Notes: a model not told the origin generated them from the letters alone. Shown: positions 40,871 through 50,762, counted from the first letter of the stretch. The stretch: DNA of 64,000 nt from an uncultured Prevotellaceae bacterium (GCA_900319235.1 ONNR01000002.1:165424-229423); one strand, 5' to 3'. Translations and numbers: made by a program.

Positions 40871-42220
40871 TCAGAAATCTTGATAGAAACTCAGTGTGGT
40901 TGCTTCATCTTCTTCACGACCTATTTCTTCTTCAAGTTCTTCATTGTACGAATTTAAGAAATTCATTGTATGATGCACATATTTTTTCTTCAAGATTCTT
41001 GTAACTCCATCAGGACCTTTTTGAAATTTTCTTACGGCATCCTGTCGTATAAACTTACTGTCGAAGAGAATCAGATCGTGAGTGGCTACAAAGAGTTGAC
41101 ACTCACGATCGGCAGCCAGCGACAGATACATCTTTAAAATAAATTCCACAGCTTTCGAGTGCATCAGACGTTCAAATTCATCAATAAAGGCACTCTTTTT
41201 TCCAATAGCAATTTCATAAAGCACTATTCCAAGTTTGATGATTTGTTTTGTTCCGTCCGATTCGGGTTCAAAATCCAGCGATTGATAGACTGTCTGGTAT
41301 TCTGTCGGATCGTCCTCATTTTGTTTCGGAAGTTCGGTTTGCAATTCGTGAACGAATCTTACTACCTTTTGTTTCAGGTTTCCATTGGGATATTGTTGCT
41401 GTAATACGTTTTTCACGATGTCGGGAGTCTCATTCTTGATAAGATCATTGAGATTAATGCTCACCTCTTCTATACGATAATCAACAATTTTCGAGCCGAC
41501 ATCCTTCAGCAATTGTGTCAGCAATTCCTTGATCTTGGCATCTCTTTCCGGGTCTCCCGACGAAAGTTTTTCAGTCAACGTAATATTCGCCTTATGTACA
41601 ATACTTAGGCGGTTTACAAAATAATCATAATTTAATCTCAACAGTTTGCTTAACATATTCAGCGAACCGAACGTGGCAAGCACAGTAGCATTGTTCCATA
41701 GATTGAGTTCCAGGTCATGCTGATCAGATTCGCTCAAGTCGCAGGCACTGCCAAAATTGATCTTTATGGTCTCAGTATCCTTATCATATTTTCTACTATA
41801 AATCTTTAGTCCACGGCCTTTGATCTTAAGTTCCTCTTCTTCTATACGATCACGTGATATTTTGATGTTATAAATATAATTTACATCATCAATGTAATAA
41901 GACAACTCAAGTTCCGACGGCATCTCTTTCGATTCATTATCGAGCAGGAATGGCTTGTAATCAGGTAGGATAGTGGGTAATTGCGGCTTGACTGTAGCCT
42001 TTTCTTTAAGGTATTCAATGCCATTAAGCATTTTGGTCTTGCCTGCGCCATTCAGGCCAACACCAATCAAAAGTTTTAATATTCTTTTCCCATCAATTTC
42101 CTTATACCATGACAAAGGCAGGTCGTTATTTGGCCCGTTTTCCTTGCGGGACGCCACAAACGACAATATCGCTTCATCACGATAGGACTTGAAATTTTTA
42201 ACTTTAAAATATTCTATCAT
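40871..42220 (-). CDS. AAA_21 / RloA-like ABC-type ATPase
   Basis: FKVKNFKSY, Walker A GLNGAGKT, ESDGT signature, FIDEFE..MH Walker B region, QLFVATHD; visibly AT-rich. Confidence 0.85.
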   Translation of the reverse strand: MIEYFKVKNFKSYRDEAILSFVASRKENGPNNDLPLSWYKEIDGKRILKLLIGVGLNGAGKTKMLNGIEYLKEKATVKPQLPTILPDYKPFLLDNESKEMPSELELSYYIDDVNYIYNIKISRDRIEEEELKIKGRGLKIYSRKYDKDTETIKINFGSACDLSESDQHDLELNLWNNATVLATFGSLNMLSKLLRLNYDYFVNRLSIVHKANITLTEKLSSGDPERDAKIKELLTQLLKDVGSKIVDYRIEEVSINLNDLIKNETPDIVKNVLQQQYPNGNLKQKVVRFVHELQTELPKQNEDDPTEYQTVYQSLDFEPESDGTKQIIKLGIVLYEIAIGKKSAFIDEFERLMHSKAVEFILKMYLSLAADRECQLFVATHDLILFDSKFIRQDAVRKFQKGPDGVTRILKKKYVHHTMNFLNSYNEELEEEIGREEDEATTLSFYQDF

Positions 42221-42459
42221 AAGATATGCTTATTAATTAGCTCATTTTTCAGTGACAAAGATACGAGATTTTTTTGTTTTCTACCAAAAAAAGTGCTATA
42301 AATTTGCATCAACGGTGATTTTTGCACGGATTTCGCGCATCCTACTTTGCATTTTCCACAATCTACTTTGCATTTTCCATAATAATATATCTTCTTTCCA
42401 ACAACACGAATTATCGCATTTGGATAATCCGTGTTGCAGGGAAAGAGACAGATTGCCGA

Positions 42460-43320
42460 TCAATTGTAGGCTTTCAATTCTTTTATATGCCTGTTTTTGC
42501 GAAGCTTCTGGATGGCCCTTTCTCCAATCTGGCGTACACGTTCGCGAGTCAGTCCCAGCTCGCGGCTTATTTCCTCGTTGCTGCAAGGCGTGCAACCGAT
42601 GCCGTAGGCGTGCTTCAGCACATAGATGTCGCGTGGTTTCAGGGTTGAGCCCATCAGTTCCTCCAGTTCGATGTGCAGCGATTCCTTGTCGAGGCTCAGG
42701 TCGGCATAGTAGCTATTGGTGTCGGGAATGACATCAATCAGTGTGCCGCCATCCTCGTCGGTAAGAGGCTCGTCGAGGCTTGCGTTACGACGGCTGGCCT
42801 GTAGCAGTTCCTTGAGCTTGTCTTCGTCCAAGTCCAATTCATCAGCAACTTCTTCAATGGTGGCGGGTCGACCCTCGCGCTGTTCGATGCGGTTGAAGGT
42901 GCGACGCACGTTGCGCAGCAATGTGTCCTGATTGTGTGGAATACGAATCTGACGCGAATAGTCGGTAAGTGCCTGCATAATGGACTGGCGAATCCACCAT
43001 ACGGCATATGAAATGAACTTCACGTTCATCGTTTCGTCAAAGGCTTCGGCTGCCTTCACAAGGCCGATGTTGCCTTCCGAGATGAGGTCCGAAAGGCCCA
43101 TACCCTGATCCTGGTACTTCTTGGCTACCGACACTACAAAACGAAGGTTGGCACGCACGAGCTTGTCCAGGGCCTGCTTGTCGCCAAGATGGATGCGGCG
43201 AGCCAGTTCCTTCTCGTCCTCTGGTGTGACACTCTTCTCTTTCGAGATGTTGTTCAGATAAATGTCGAGCGAATCTTCATCACGATTCGTGATCATTGGT
43301 GTGATTTGTAAATTTTTCAT
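42460..43320 (-). CDS. RpoD/SigA-family sigma factor (short Bacteroidetes type; probably a paralog)
   Basis: ANLRFVVSVAKKYQ, DLISEGNIGL, FISYAVWWIRQSI, LGLTRERVRQI; start reassigned to ATG 43320. Confidence 0.9.
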   Translation of the reverse strand: MKNLQITPMITNRDEDSLDIYLNNISKEKSVTPEDEKELARRIHLGDKQALDKLVRANLRFVVSVAKKYQDQGMGLSDLISEGNIGLVKAAEAFDETMNVKFISYAVWWIRQSIMQALTDYSRQIRIPHNQDTLLRNVRRTFNRIEQREGRPATIEEVADELDLDEDKLKELLQASRRNASLDEPLTDEDGGTLIDVIPDTNSYYADLSLDKESLHIELEELMGSTLKPRDIYVLKHAYGIGCTPCSNEEISRELGLTRERVRQIGERAIQKLRKNRHIKELKAYN

Positions 43321-43389
43321 CCTGTTCCAAATTTTTAAATGTTTTGCGGGGGCAAAGATAGTGCCTTTTCCTTGCCCCCGCAATCTTTT

Positions 43390-44619
43390 TCAACCTTGCA
43401 TTAGCTTATCCCTTACCACCATCAAAGCGAAACCCAGCAGATTGATGCCATACCACTTTTCGGCATTCTTGGCATCCTTGTTGTCTTCTCTCATACCGAT
43501 GCCCCAGACTCTGTCGTAGGGGCTAGCTTCGACCAGAATCGCCGAGCCTGTATTCAGCAGGAACTTTCGCAGCTTTTCGTTTTGACCGAACTTCGCCAGA
43601 TTGCCCTTGACAACCACATCGAATTTGTGCTGGTCCCAGATTTCGGGATCGAAGCCCTTTACCTCGCGTCCCAAATCCTTGATAATGCTGGGCTCTTCCT
43701 CCTTCATGATGCGTTGGCGTGTTTCTTCGTCGCCGAAGATTCGTGCCTTCTCGGCCATCATGTATTGCTCGGCACTTTTGTAGGTCACTCCATCCACTTC
43801 GAACGTGCATCTCTGCCATTGGCTCAGGCAGCCATTCGATACACTTTCGAGTTTCGCACCACCCTCTCTCCAGAAGAAGATGAAGTCCAGATTCTTCTTG
43901 GCTTTCTGCTGATCCCAAACCCAGATGGGATTGTATTTCGAAGGATTGCCCTTCACGGCAGCAGCTAGTTTCATTTCTTGCCAGCGGCTATTGCGGGCTT
44001 CTCTCTTCTTGGCCTCCTCCTTCACGCGCAACTTGAGATCCTCCATCTGCTGAGGCCAAAGAGCTTTCTCTTCGTCGGTTAGCAAGCGTTCTACGGCCTT
44101 GACGATGAGTGACGCGTGACTCAATGGCTTTCTGGCATCCTCGATGTCTGGATTCGTGTCGTAGTCAAGCAGCACAACGACGCCGTTCACACACATTTCC
44201 TTGATTCGCAGTACAAGGTTCCAGCAGCGATTTTCGAGCATCCAATTGTAGGAAGGCACATAGATCTCCTTGCGTGCATCGATGTAGCTCAACAGTTCCG
44301 CGGAATGCAATCCTTTCTGGTGCCCCAGGCAGTTGCCCAGTTTCTTTCCGCTGCGCTTGATGCCGGACATCTTCCTGTTGTACAGTTTGTTCGTGTCTAC
44401 GCCTTCGTTTTCAAAGACCTTCAAGGCTTGCCAGATGCCCTCTACCGTTTCGGCTTCCTCATCAGGGCTGAAAGGTACGGGGATTCCTCCGATAGGGAAG
44501 AACGGGCTCAATCGCACAAATTCATTTTTCGACTTGCTGGTGACGTCAATGATTTGTGCCCCGGGGTACTTCTCCTTCAACGTCTCTTCCTTCGTTCTTT
44601 TGTTTTCAATTAGAATCAT
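43390..44619 (-). CDS. Fusion of DUF6939-like domain and YbiA/NADAR domain
   Basis: N-terminal IIDVTSK, RLSPF, VEGIWQALKVF, LLDYDTN, SHA; C-terminal CLSQW, SAEQYMMAEKA, LGREV..FD, VEASPYDRVWGIG, G.NLLG.ALM. Confidence 0.85.
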   Translation of the reverse strand: MILIENKRTKEETLKEKYPGAQIIDVTSKSKNEFVRLSPFFPIGGIPVPFSPDEEAETVEGIWQALKVFENEGVDTNKLYNRKMSGIKRSGKKLGNCLGHQKGLHSAELLSYIDARKEIYVPSYNWMLENRCWNLVLRIKEMCVNGVVVLLDYDTNPDIEDARKPLSHASLIVKAVERLLTDEEKALWPQQMEDLKLRVKEEAKKREARNSRWQEMKLAAAVKGNPSKYNPIWVWDQQKAKKNLDFIFFWREGGAKLESVSNGCLSQWQRCTFEVDGVTYKSAEQYMMAEKARIFGDEETRQRIMKEEEPSIIKDLGREVKGFDPEIWDQHKFDVVVKGNLAKFGQNEKLRKFLLNTGSAILVEASPYDRVWGIGMREDNKDAKNAEKWYGINLLGFALMVVRDKLMQG

Positions 44620-44793
44620 TACTCTCCTTTTTAAATAAATAACCAATTACCCACATCTCTCTCCCAATGTGGGCCTCTATTTATTAATGTCAAATCTGCG
44701 AAAATGTAAACACATTATTTATTTAAAAGAGCATAATCTTGCAAATCTCACAAAACTTTCGTATCTTTGCCCCAGATTTCAATCATTTTATCT

Positions 44794-45663
44794 ATGTATT
44801 CCCTTCGTAAACACCTTCTTTGGGTATTCGCCTTCGTTTCCTTGACGTTTACAATGAAGGCTCAGACCTCATGGCTCGAGACACTTGGCATCGATTTTGA
44901 CTTCGACGTGCCGAAACCTGTCGTTACCTACAAGGATCTGATCGGTGTAGGTTCGGCACGCCATATGTCAGGCAATATCTGCGTACTCTATCTTTTTGTG
45001 GGTACCGAAACGAGCCAATGGAGCCAGGATGAGATCGAAGCCACCGCCCAAAAACTCTATGCTGCAGAAGACTGGCTCAAGGCAGAGGCACTCCGTTATG
45101 GAAAGAAGGTGGAATTCCACAACTATTCCATCAAACGCCAGCTTACCGACAACAATATTCCAAGCGATCCCTTCAAGCCAGATGCTGTCAACTATCCCAA
45201 GACGGTTCTTCGTCGTTTCGGTTACAATAGTAACCGAGAGTTGCACAATATTCTTTTGCGCAAGACTAATTGCCAGCAGTTCCTGGTGCTTATCTTTCCG
45301 CGTATTGCCGGCCGTTGTTACGCCTCGGCAGTCAATCGCAATATGGCCCGAAACGGATCGGGCCGCACTTTGCCCGAGTGCTGTATGCTCTATCAGATCT
45401 CGAATGATACAGGTCGGGAGTTGCAGGTGGGACGCATCGCCCACGAGATGCTGCACCTCTTCGGCGCCTGGGACTTCTATGCCGTCAATGCCGATGACAA
45501 GGAGCGAAGTGATAGGGCCGCAGAACTCTATCCTACGAGCATTATGTTGCGCTCCTATGGCGATATTGCTCAGCGTTCCATTGATCCACTCACTGCCTGG
45601 CTCACTGGCCTTTCGCGTAAAGAACAGGAGTGGTACAAGGAATTGATGCCACCACAACAGTGA
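44794..45663 (+). CDS. Secreted zinc metallopeptidase-like protein
   Basis: Signal peptide, AHEMLHLFGA.D.Y zinc motif, SIM Met-turn. Confidence 0.75.
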   Translation: MYSLRKHLLWVFAFVSLTFTMKAQTSWLETLGIDFDFDVPKPVVTYKDLIGVGSARHMSGNICVLYLFVGTETSQWSQDEIEATAQKLYAAEDWLKAEALRYGKKVEFHNYSIKRQLTDNNIPSDPFKPDAVNYPKTVLRRFGYNSNRELHNILLRKTNCQQFLVLIFPRIAGRCYASAVNRNMARNGSGRTLPECCMLYQISNDTGRELQVGRIAHEMLHLFGAWDFYAVNADDKERSDRAAELYPTSIMLRSYGDIAQRSIDPLTAWLTGLSRKEQEWYKELMPPQQ

Positions 45664-45753
45664 TTCGGAGGCCTGTCAACTTTTTTTAACGTAGTATATT
45701 TGGTCGGTTTTGAAAATACACTTATATTTGCACCGACAAAACAAGTATTTTTA

Positions 45754-46431
45754 ATGATACGTCTGCAGAACATTCATAAGACCTACCAATCTGCAACACC
45801 GTTGCATGTGCTCAAAGGCATCGATCTCAATATCGAAGCAGGTGAACTCGTGAGCATTATGGGAGCTTCGGGATCGGGAAAATCCACTTTGCTGAATATT
45901 TTAGGAATCCTCGACGACTATGACGAAGGCACTTACACCCTCGATGGCACTCTCATTCGTGGGCTGAGCGAGACGCGTGCCGCCGAACTGCGCAACCAGA
46001 TGATCGGATTCGTCTTTCAATCGTTCAATCTCATCAGCTTCAAGAATGCTATGGAGAATGTCGCACTTCCTTTATATTATAAAGGTGTGGGCAGACGCAA
46101 ACGCAACGAACTCGCTTTGGAATATCTCGAGAAGATGGGCCTTCGCGAGTGGGCTGACCATTATCCGAGTGAAATGTCGGGAGGTCAGAAGCAACGTGTG
46201 GCCATCGCTCGTGCCCTCATCGCCAATCCGAAGATTATCCTGGCCGATGAGCCGACGGGTGCTCTCGATTCTAAGACCACGCTTGAGGTGATGGACTTGC
46301 TCAAGCAGGTGAACCGCGAAGAAGGGAAGACTGTCATCATCGTGACTCACGAGCGTGACATCGCCAATGCCACCGACCGCATTATTCATATCAAGGACGG
46401 ACAGATATCGAGTGACGTCAAACAACAATGA
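45754..46431 (+). CDS. ABC transporter ATP-binding protein (MacB/LolD type)
   Basis: GASGSGKST, MSGGQKQRVAIARAL, LADEPTGALD. Confidence 0.95.
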   Translation: MIRLQNIHKTYQSATPLHVLKGIDLNIEAGELVSIMGASGSGKSTLLNILGILDDYDEGTYTLDGTLIRGLSETRAAELRNQMIGFVFQSFNLISFKNAMENVALPLYYKGVGRRKRNELALEYLEKMGLREWADHYPSEMSGGQKQRVAIARALIANPKIILADEPTGALDSKTTLEVMDLLKQVNREEGKTVIIVTHERDIANATDRIIHIKDGQISSDVKQQ

Positions 46432-47669
46432 TAATAGACCAAATAGAGGAGATATATGTCTCGATGAGCCGCAACAAGCTGCGCATCGCACTGACGGGAT
46501 TCAGCATTGCCTGGGGCATCTTCATGCTCATCGTGCTGCTGGGTGCCGGCAACGGGCTGCTGCATGGTATGGAGGATGCATTTGCATCGCGGAGCATCAA
46601 CACTGTGTCGCTTAGCCCGGGCTGGACATCACAGAGCTTCGAGGGCTTGCGACGGTATCGCGAGATGTATCTCGACAGCGAGGACCTTCAGTTGCTTCGC
46701 AACAGGTTCCCTCATCAGATTGCCGATGCACAACCGACCTATGAGGCTTCGGTGCGTGCTTCTAAAGGCCTGCTCTATACGACGACGTCGCTGATGGGTG
46801 TCTTCCCAGAGTACATCACTACGAACGGATACACTGTGGTAGAAGGACGCTCAATCAACGAGATGGACCTTCGTGACAATCGCAAGGTGTGCATGGTCAC
46901 AGCCAAGACGATTGAAGAACTCTTCGGAGATGAAGAGCCACATCTGGGCGAATGGATTGACCTCTATGACATCCCGTTCCAGATCGTGGGCAATTACAAG
47001 GCTCCTATGGAAGGTGAGACCGATATCCTTTCGCCCATAACAACGGTTGGCACCATCTACAAACCCAATGGACACTTTTCGAGGATAACCTTTCTGGTGA
47101 AGAACCTCGAAACTCCTGAGGCCAATGAGGAGTTCAACAAGGCCCTAAAGACTGTCTTGTCAAGTTCCAAGCGCTACGACCCGCAGGACAGAAATGCCTA
47201 TTGGGTATGGAATTCGTATGAGGACTACTTGCAGACAATGCGCATCCTGCGTTACATCACGCTGTTTATATGGCTTATCGGTATTGCTACACTGATAGCT
47301 GGCGTGACAGGTATCTCGAACATTATGCTCATTACTGTGCGAGAAAGGACTCGCGAGTTCGGTATCCGCAAGGCATTGGGAGCACGGCCTCGTCAGATTG
47401 TTTCGCTGGTGCTGCTCGAGTCGGTTGCCATCGCACTGGTCTTCGGCTACATAGGTATGCTGGTAGGCACTCTTTTGACCAAAGGCGTCGATGCTATCCT
47501 CAAGATGAGTGGGGGCGATGGAGCAGCAATGTTCAAGGACCCGACGGTGGATTTCAAGACCGTTCTGATGGCTACCTTCGTGATGGTCATTGCTGGTATG
47601 ATAGCAGGATATATTCCCGCCAAGCGGGCTGTAAGTATCAAACCTGTGGAAGCTTTGGCTGCGAATTAA
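46428..47669 (+). CDS. ABC transporter permease (MacB/FtsX type)
   Basis: NKLRIALTGFSIAWGI, ISNIMLITVRERTREFGIRKALGA. Confidence 0.93.
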   Translation: MIIDQIEEIYVSMSRNKLRIALTGFSIAWGIFMLIVLLGAGNGLLHGMEDAFASRSINTVSLSPGWTSQSFEGLRRYREMYLDSEDLQLLRNRFPHQIADAQPTYEASVRASKGLLYTTTSLMGVFPEYITTNGYTVVEGRSINEMDLRDNRKVCMVTAKTIEELFGDEEPHLGEWIDLYDIPFQIVGNYKAPMEGETDILSPITTVGTIYKPNGHFSRITFLVKNLETPEANEEFNKALKTVLSSSKRYDPQDRNAYWVWNSYEDYLQTMRILRYITLFIWLIGIATLIAGVTGISNIMLITVRERTREFGIRKALGARPRQIVSLVLLESVAIALVFGYIGMLVGTLLTKGVDAILKMSGGDGAAMFKDPTVDFKTVLMATFVMVIAGMIAGYIPAKRAVSIKPVEALAAN

Positions 47670-47670
47670 T

Positions 47671-48921
47671 ATGGAAGAACTTTGGCAAGAGATATGGCAG
47701 ACAATTAGCCGCAACAAGTGGCGTTCGCTGATGACGGCCTTCGGTGTATTCTGGGGGTTGTTGATGTTGATTCTGCTGCTTGGTTTCGGTGCGAGCATCA
47801 CAGGTGGACTTCTGGACAGTATCAAGAGTGTCCCGAGCAATAGTATCTTTGTGATGGGATCACGCACTACGATTTCATACAAGGGCTTTGGCCGAGATCG
47901 CCGAATCTCAGTCGATAACATCGATATGCAGCTTGTGAAAAACGAGATGTCCGACCAGATTCGCTTTATTACTCCCATCAACTTTGCCGGAACCAAGAAT
48001 GCGAATGTTGGAGAATTCAATTACGATGCCTCAGTAGTGGGTACAACGCCGAGCTACTACCACGTTCTGCCTACGCAGATGATCTATGGCCGCTACCTGA
48101 ATGAAGTGGATCAACGTGAACGACGCAAAGTGTGTGTCATTGGGCGACAGACCTACGAGACACTTTTCCCCGGGGGAGGCGACCCTTGTGGACAGATGGT
48201 GCAAGTAGGTAGCATTTCCTACACCATCGTAGGCGTTGCCAAGAAACTGTCCGAATTGGTTTCCATCGGCACCGATCTGGATCGCTCGCTGCTCTTACCT
48301 ATCAATACCGAGCAGCTGATGTATAACGAAGGTTCGCAGATTGACCTGTGTGTCTTCACACTGAGAGACAAGTATCCGGTCAGCGAATGGCAGGAGCCGA
48401 TACTCAGTATTATGAAGGATCACCACTATGTGCATCCCGACGACAAGAGTGCCTTCTTTACCATCAATCTTGCCGATCTGGTCACAGCATTCTCGTTGCT
48501 GTTCCGAGGCTTGGACATTCTGCTTTGGATTGTAGGCTGTGGCTCACTGCTTGCCGGACTGATTGGTATCTCGAACATTATGCTGGTGACCGTCAAGGAA
48601 CGTACACAAGAGATTGGCATCCGCAGGGCATTGGGCGCAAAACCCCAAACCATCGTGCGCCAGATATTGGCCGAAAGTCTGGTATTGACGGCATCGGCAG
48701 GCCTGATTGGTCTGATGACAGGCGTCTGGCTGCTACGTTTGGCTGGAAAGATCATCGAGGCGAATCCCTTGGAGGATTATCCTTTGGGCAATCCCCAGAT
48801 TAGTTTCTCGGTAGCTTTGGCTGCTACGTTCGTCATCATCGTCGGTGGACTGCTTGCGGGCTGGATGCCTGCTAAGCGTGCGATGAAGATCAAGGCCATC
48901 GAGGCGCTCAGGGAAGAGTGA
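47671..48921 (+). CDS. ABC transporter permease (MacB/FtsX type)
   Basis: NKWRSLMTAFGVFWG, ISNIMLVTVKERTQEIGIRRALGA. Confidence 0.93.
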   Translation: MEELWQEIWQTISRNKWRSLMTAFGVFWGLLMLILLLGFGASITGGLLDSIKSVPSNSIFVMGSRTTISYKGFGRDRRISVDNIDMQLVKNEMSDQIRFITPINFAGTKNANVGEFNYDASVVGTTPSYYHVLPTQMIYGRYLNEVDQRERRKVCVIGRQTYETLFPGGGDPCGQMVQVGSISYTIVGVAKKLSELVSIGTDLDRSLLLPINTEQLMYNEGSQIDLCVFTLRDKYPVSEWQEPILSIMKDHHYVHPDDKSAFFTINLADLVTAFSLLFRGLDILLWIVGCGSLLAGLIGISNIMLVTVKERTQEIGIRRALGAKPQTIVRQILAESLVLTASAGLIGLMTGVWLLRLAGKIIEANPLEDYPLGNPQISFSVALAATFVIIVGGLLAGWMPAKRAMKIKAIEALREE

Positions 48922-48940
48922 TGACGCAGAAAACAGTTAG

Positions 48941-49000
48941 TCTAGATATTCTAGATATTCTAGAAAATCTAGAGACTCTAGAAAATCTAGAATCAATAGA
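48941..49000. repeat. 9-bp-period TCTAGA short tandem repeat
   Basis: TCTAGA at 48941, 48950, 48959, 48968, 48977, 48986. Confidence 0.88.
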
Positions 49001-49023
49001 ACAAAATTAAACTACTATATAAT

Positions 49024-50133
49024 ATGAAGAAGTACATCAATATTGCTGTCTGGTGCGTGATAGGACTGTTTGTCCTTTATACATTCTATTACCTCTATCA
49101 GCAGGCACAGCCCAAGGTGAAGGTCTACGAAGTGCTTGCACCTGAAACGCGTGACATTGTGAAGACTAGCGTTGCCAGTGGCAAGGTGGAGCCGCGCGAC
49201 GAGGTGAACATCAAGCCTCAGATCCAGGGAATCATCACCGAACTATATGTCGAGGCAGGCAACAAGGTGAAGCAGAACGATCCGATTGCGAAGGTTGCAG
49301 TTATCCCCGATATGGCACAACTCAACAATGCGCAAAGCAATGTACGCACGGCACAATTAACTCTTGAAGAGACCCAGCGCGAGCACGACCGACTGAAGAC
49401 CCTGCATGAGAAGGGGCTCGTTTCGCACGAAGAGTTCGAAAAGAGCCAGAATGCGCTCGACAAGGCCATCGAGTCGCGACAAGCCGCACAGGATCAGCTC
49501 GATATTGTGACCGATGGCATTAGCAAACGTTCGGGCAAGATCAATACGACCATTGTTCGAAGCACTATTTCGGGTACAATTCTCGAAGTCCCTGTCAAAA
49601 TTGGTACTTCGGTCATCAATGCGAACTCGTTCAACGAAGGTACGACAGTGGCCACGGTGGCCGATATGAGCAATATCATTTTCCGTGGCAATATTGACGA
49701 AACCGAAGTAGGACGACTGCGCCAAGGTATGCATATCGATCTCACCATCGGAGCTATTCAGGGTGTTACATTGCCTGCTACGCTCGAATACATCTCGCCA
49801 AAGGGCAACGAGAGTAATGGCGCTATCCTCTTCGAGATCAAGGCTGCAGCACAGATTCCAGACACGATTGTTGTTCGAGCTGGGTACAGTGCAAATGCAA
49901 AGATTGAGTTCGAGCGTCGAGACCAGGCACTCACCATTCAGGAAACTGCCATCGAGTTTGAAGGAGATTCAACCTTTGTCTATCGCCTCACATCGAGTGA
50001 GACCGCCAAGCCACAAAGCTTTGAGCGTATTCCAGTCGAAGTTGGACTGAGCGATGGTCTTTACATCGAGGTGACCAAAGGTGTCACAAGCGATATGAAG
50101 CTTCGTGGAAACGAAATAAATGAAGAGAACTAA
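49024..50133 (+). CDS. Periplasmic adaptor (MacA / membrane fusion protein)
   Basis: N-terminal TM, IKPQIQGII..LYV..G, coiled hairpin, VRST.SGTI, V.VGLSDG..IEV. Confidence 0.92.
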   Translation: MKKYINIAVWCVIGLFVLYTFYYLYQQAQPKVKVYEVLAPETRDIVKTSVASGKVEPRDEVNIKPQIQGIITELYVEAGNKVKQNDPIAKVAVIPDMAQLNNAQSNVRTAQLTLEETQREHDRLKTLHEKGLVSHEEFEKSQNALDKAIESRQAAQDQLDIVTDGISKRSGKINTTIVRSTISGTILEVPVKIGTSVINANSFNEGTTVATVADMSNIIFRGNIDETEVGRLRQGMHIDLTIGAIQGVTLPATLEYISPKGNESNGAILFEIKAAAQIPDTIVVRAGYSANAKIEFERRDQALTIQETAIEFEGDSTFVYRLTSSETAKPQSFERIPVEVGLSDGLYIEVTKGVTSDMKLRGNEINEEN

Positions 50134-50160
50134 TAGTAAAGTTGGATTCTTTATGGCAAC

Positions 50161-50190
50161 AAAGGGGGCGGCAAATTTGCCGTCCCCTTT
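50161..50190. terminator. Bidirectional terminator
   Basis: AAAGGGGGCGGCAAA / TTTGCCGTCCCCTTT hairpin between convergent genes. Confidence 0.8.
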
Positions 50191-50209
50191 ATCATTATTG
50201 AAATGTCGT

Positions 50210-50731
50210 TTAGAAACCTAACTCGGCCTTGACGAGCGGGAAAACATCATCGCATTGCTCGGGAGAGAAATACATGATGCCTGCCTGCTTAAGGTCGAAG
50301 ATGTAGGTGTAGCCGTACTTGTCGCCCACAGTCTGGATGGCCTGCGACACGCGTTCGATGATAGGAGCGGTCTTGGCCTCACGCTGTTCGCGAAGACTTT
50401 TGGCAGCCTTTTCGCGGAACTGCTGTATGCGCTGCTGCAGCTGCTCAATCTCCTGTGCCCTTGCTTCTGCAATGTTGGGGTCGAGTGTCTGCTGAACGGC
50501 TACGAAGTCACTTACCTTGATCTGATACTCTTCGCCCATTTTCTGAATCTCGTTGTCGTAGGAGAGCTGTATCTGTGCCAACTCATCCTCCACGGCCTTG
50601 CTTTCGGGCATAAGTCGGAAGAGCTGGGCCATGTCGATATTGCCAAACTTGGGTGCCTTTGGTTCGGACTGTGCATTTAGTCCGTAGACGAATAGGCAGG
50701 ACAAAAGACAGATTGCAAGGAAGTGCTTCAT
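50210..50731 (-). CDS. OmpH/Skp chaperone
   Basis: KFGNID...L...MPE, coiled coil, GYTYIFD, VKAELG. Confidence 0.9.
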   Translation of the reverse strand: MKHFLAICLLSCLFVYGLNAQSEPKAPKFGNIDMAQLFRLMPESKAVEDELAQIQLSYDNEIQKMGEEYQIKVSDFVAVQQTLDPNIAEARAQEIEQLQQRIQQFREKAAKSLREQREAKTAPIIERVSQAIQTVGDKYGYTYIFDLKQAGIMYFSPEQCDDVFPLVKAELGF

Positions 50732-50762
50732 AAGAGTTTATTGGATGTTCTCTTAACCAATA

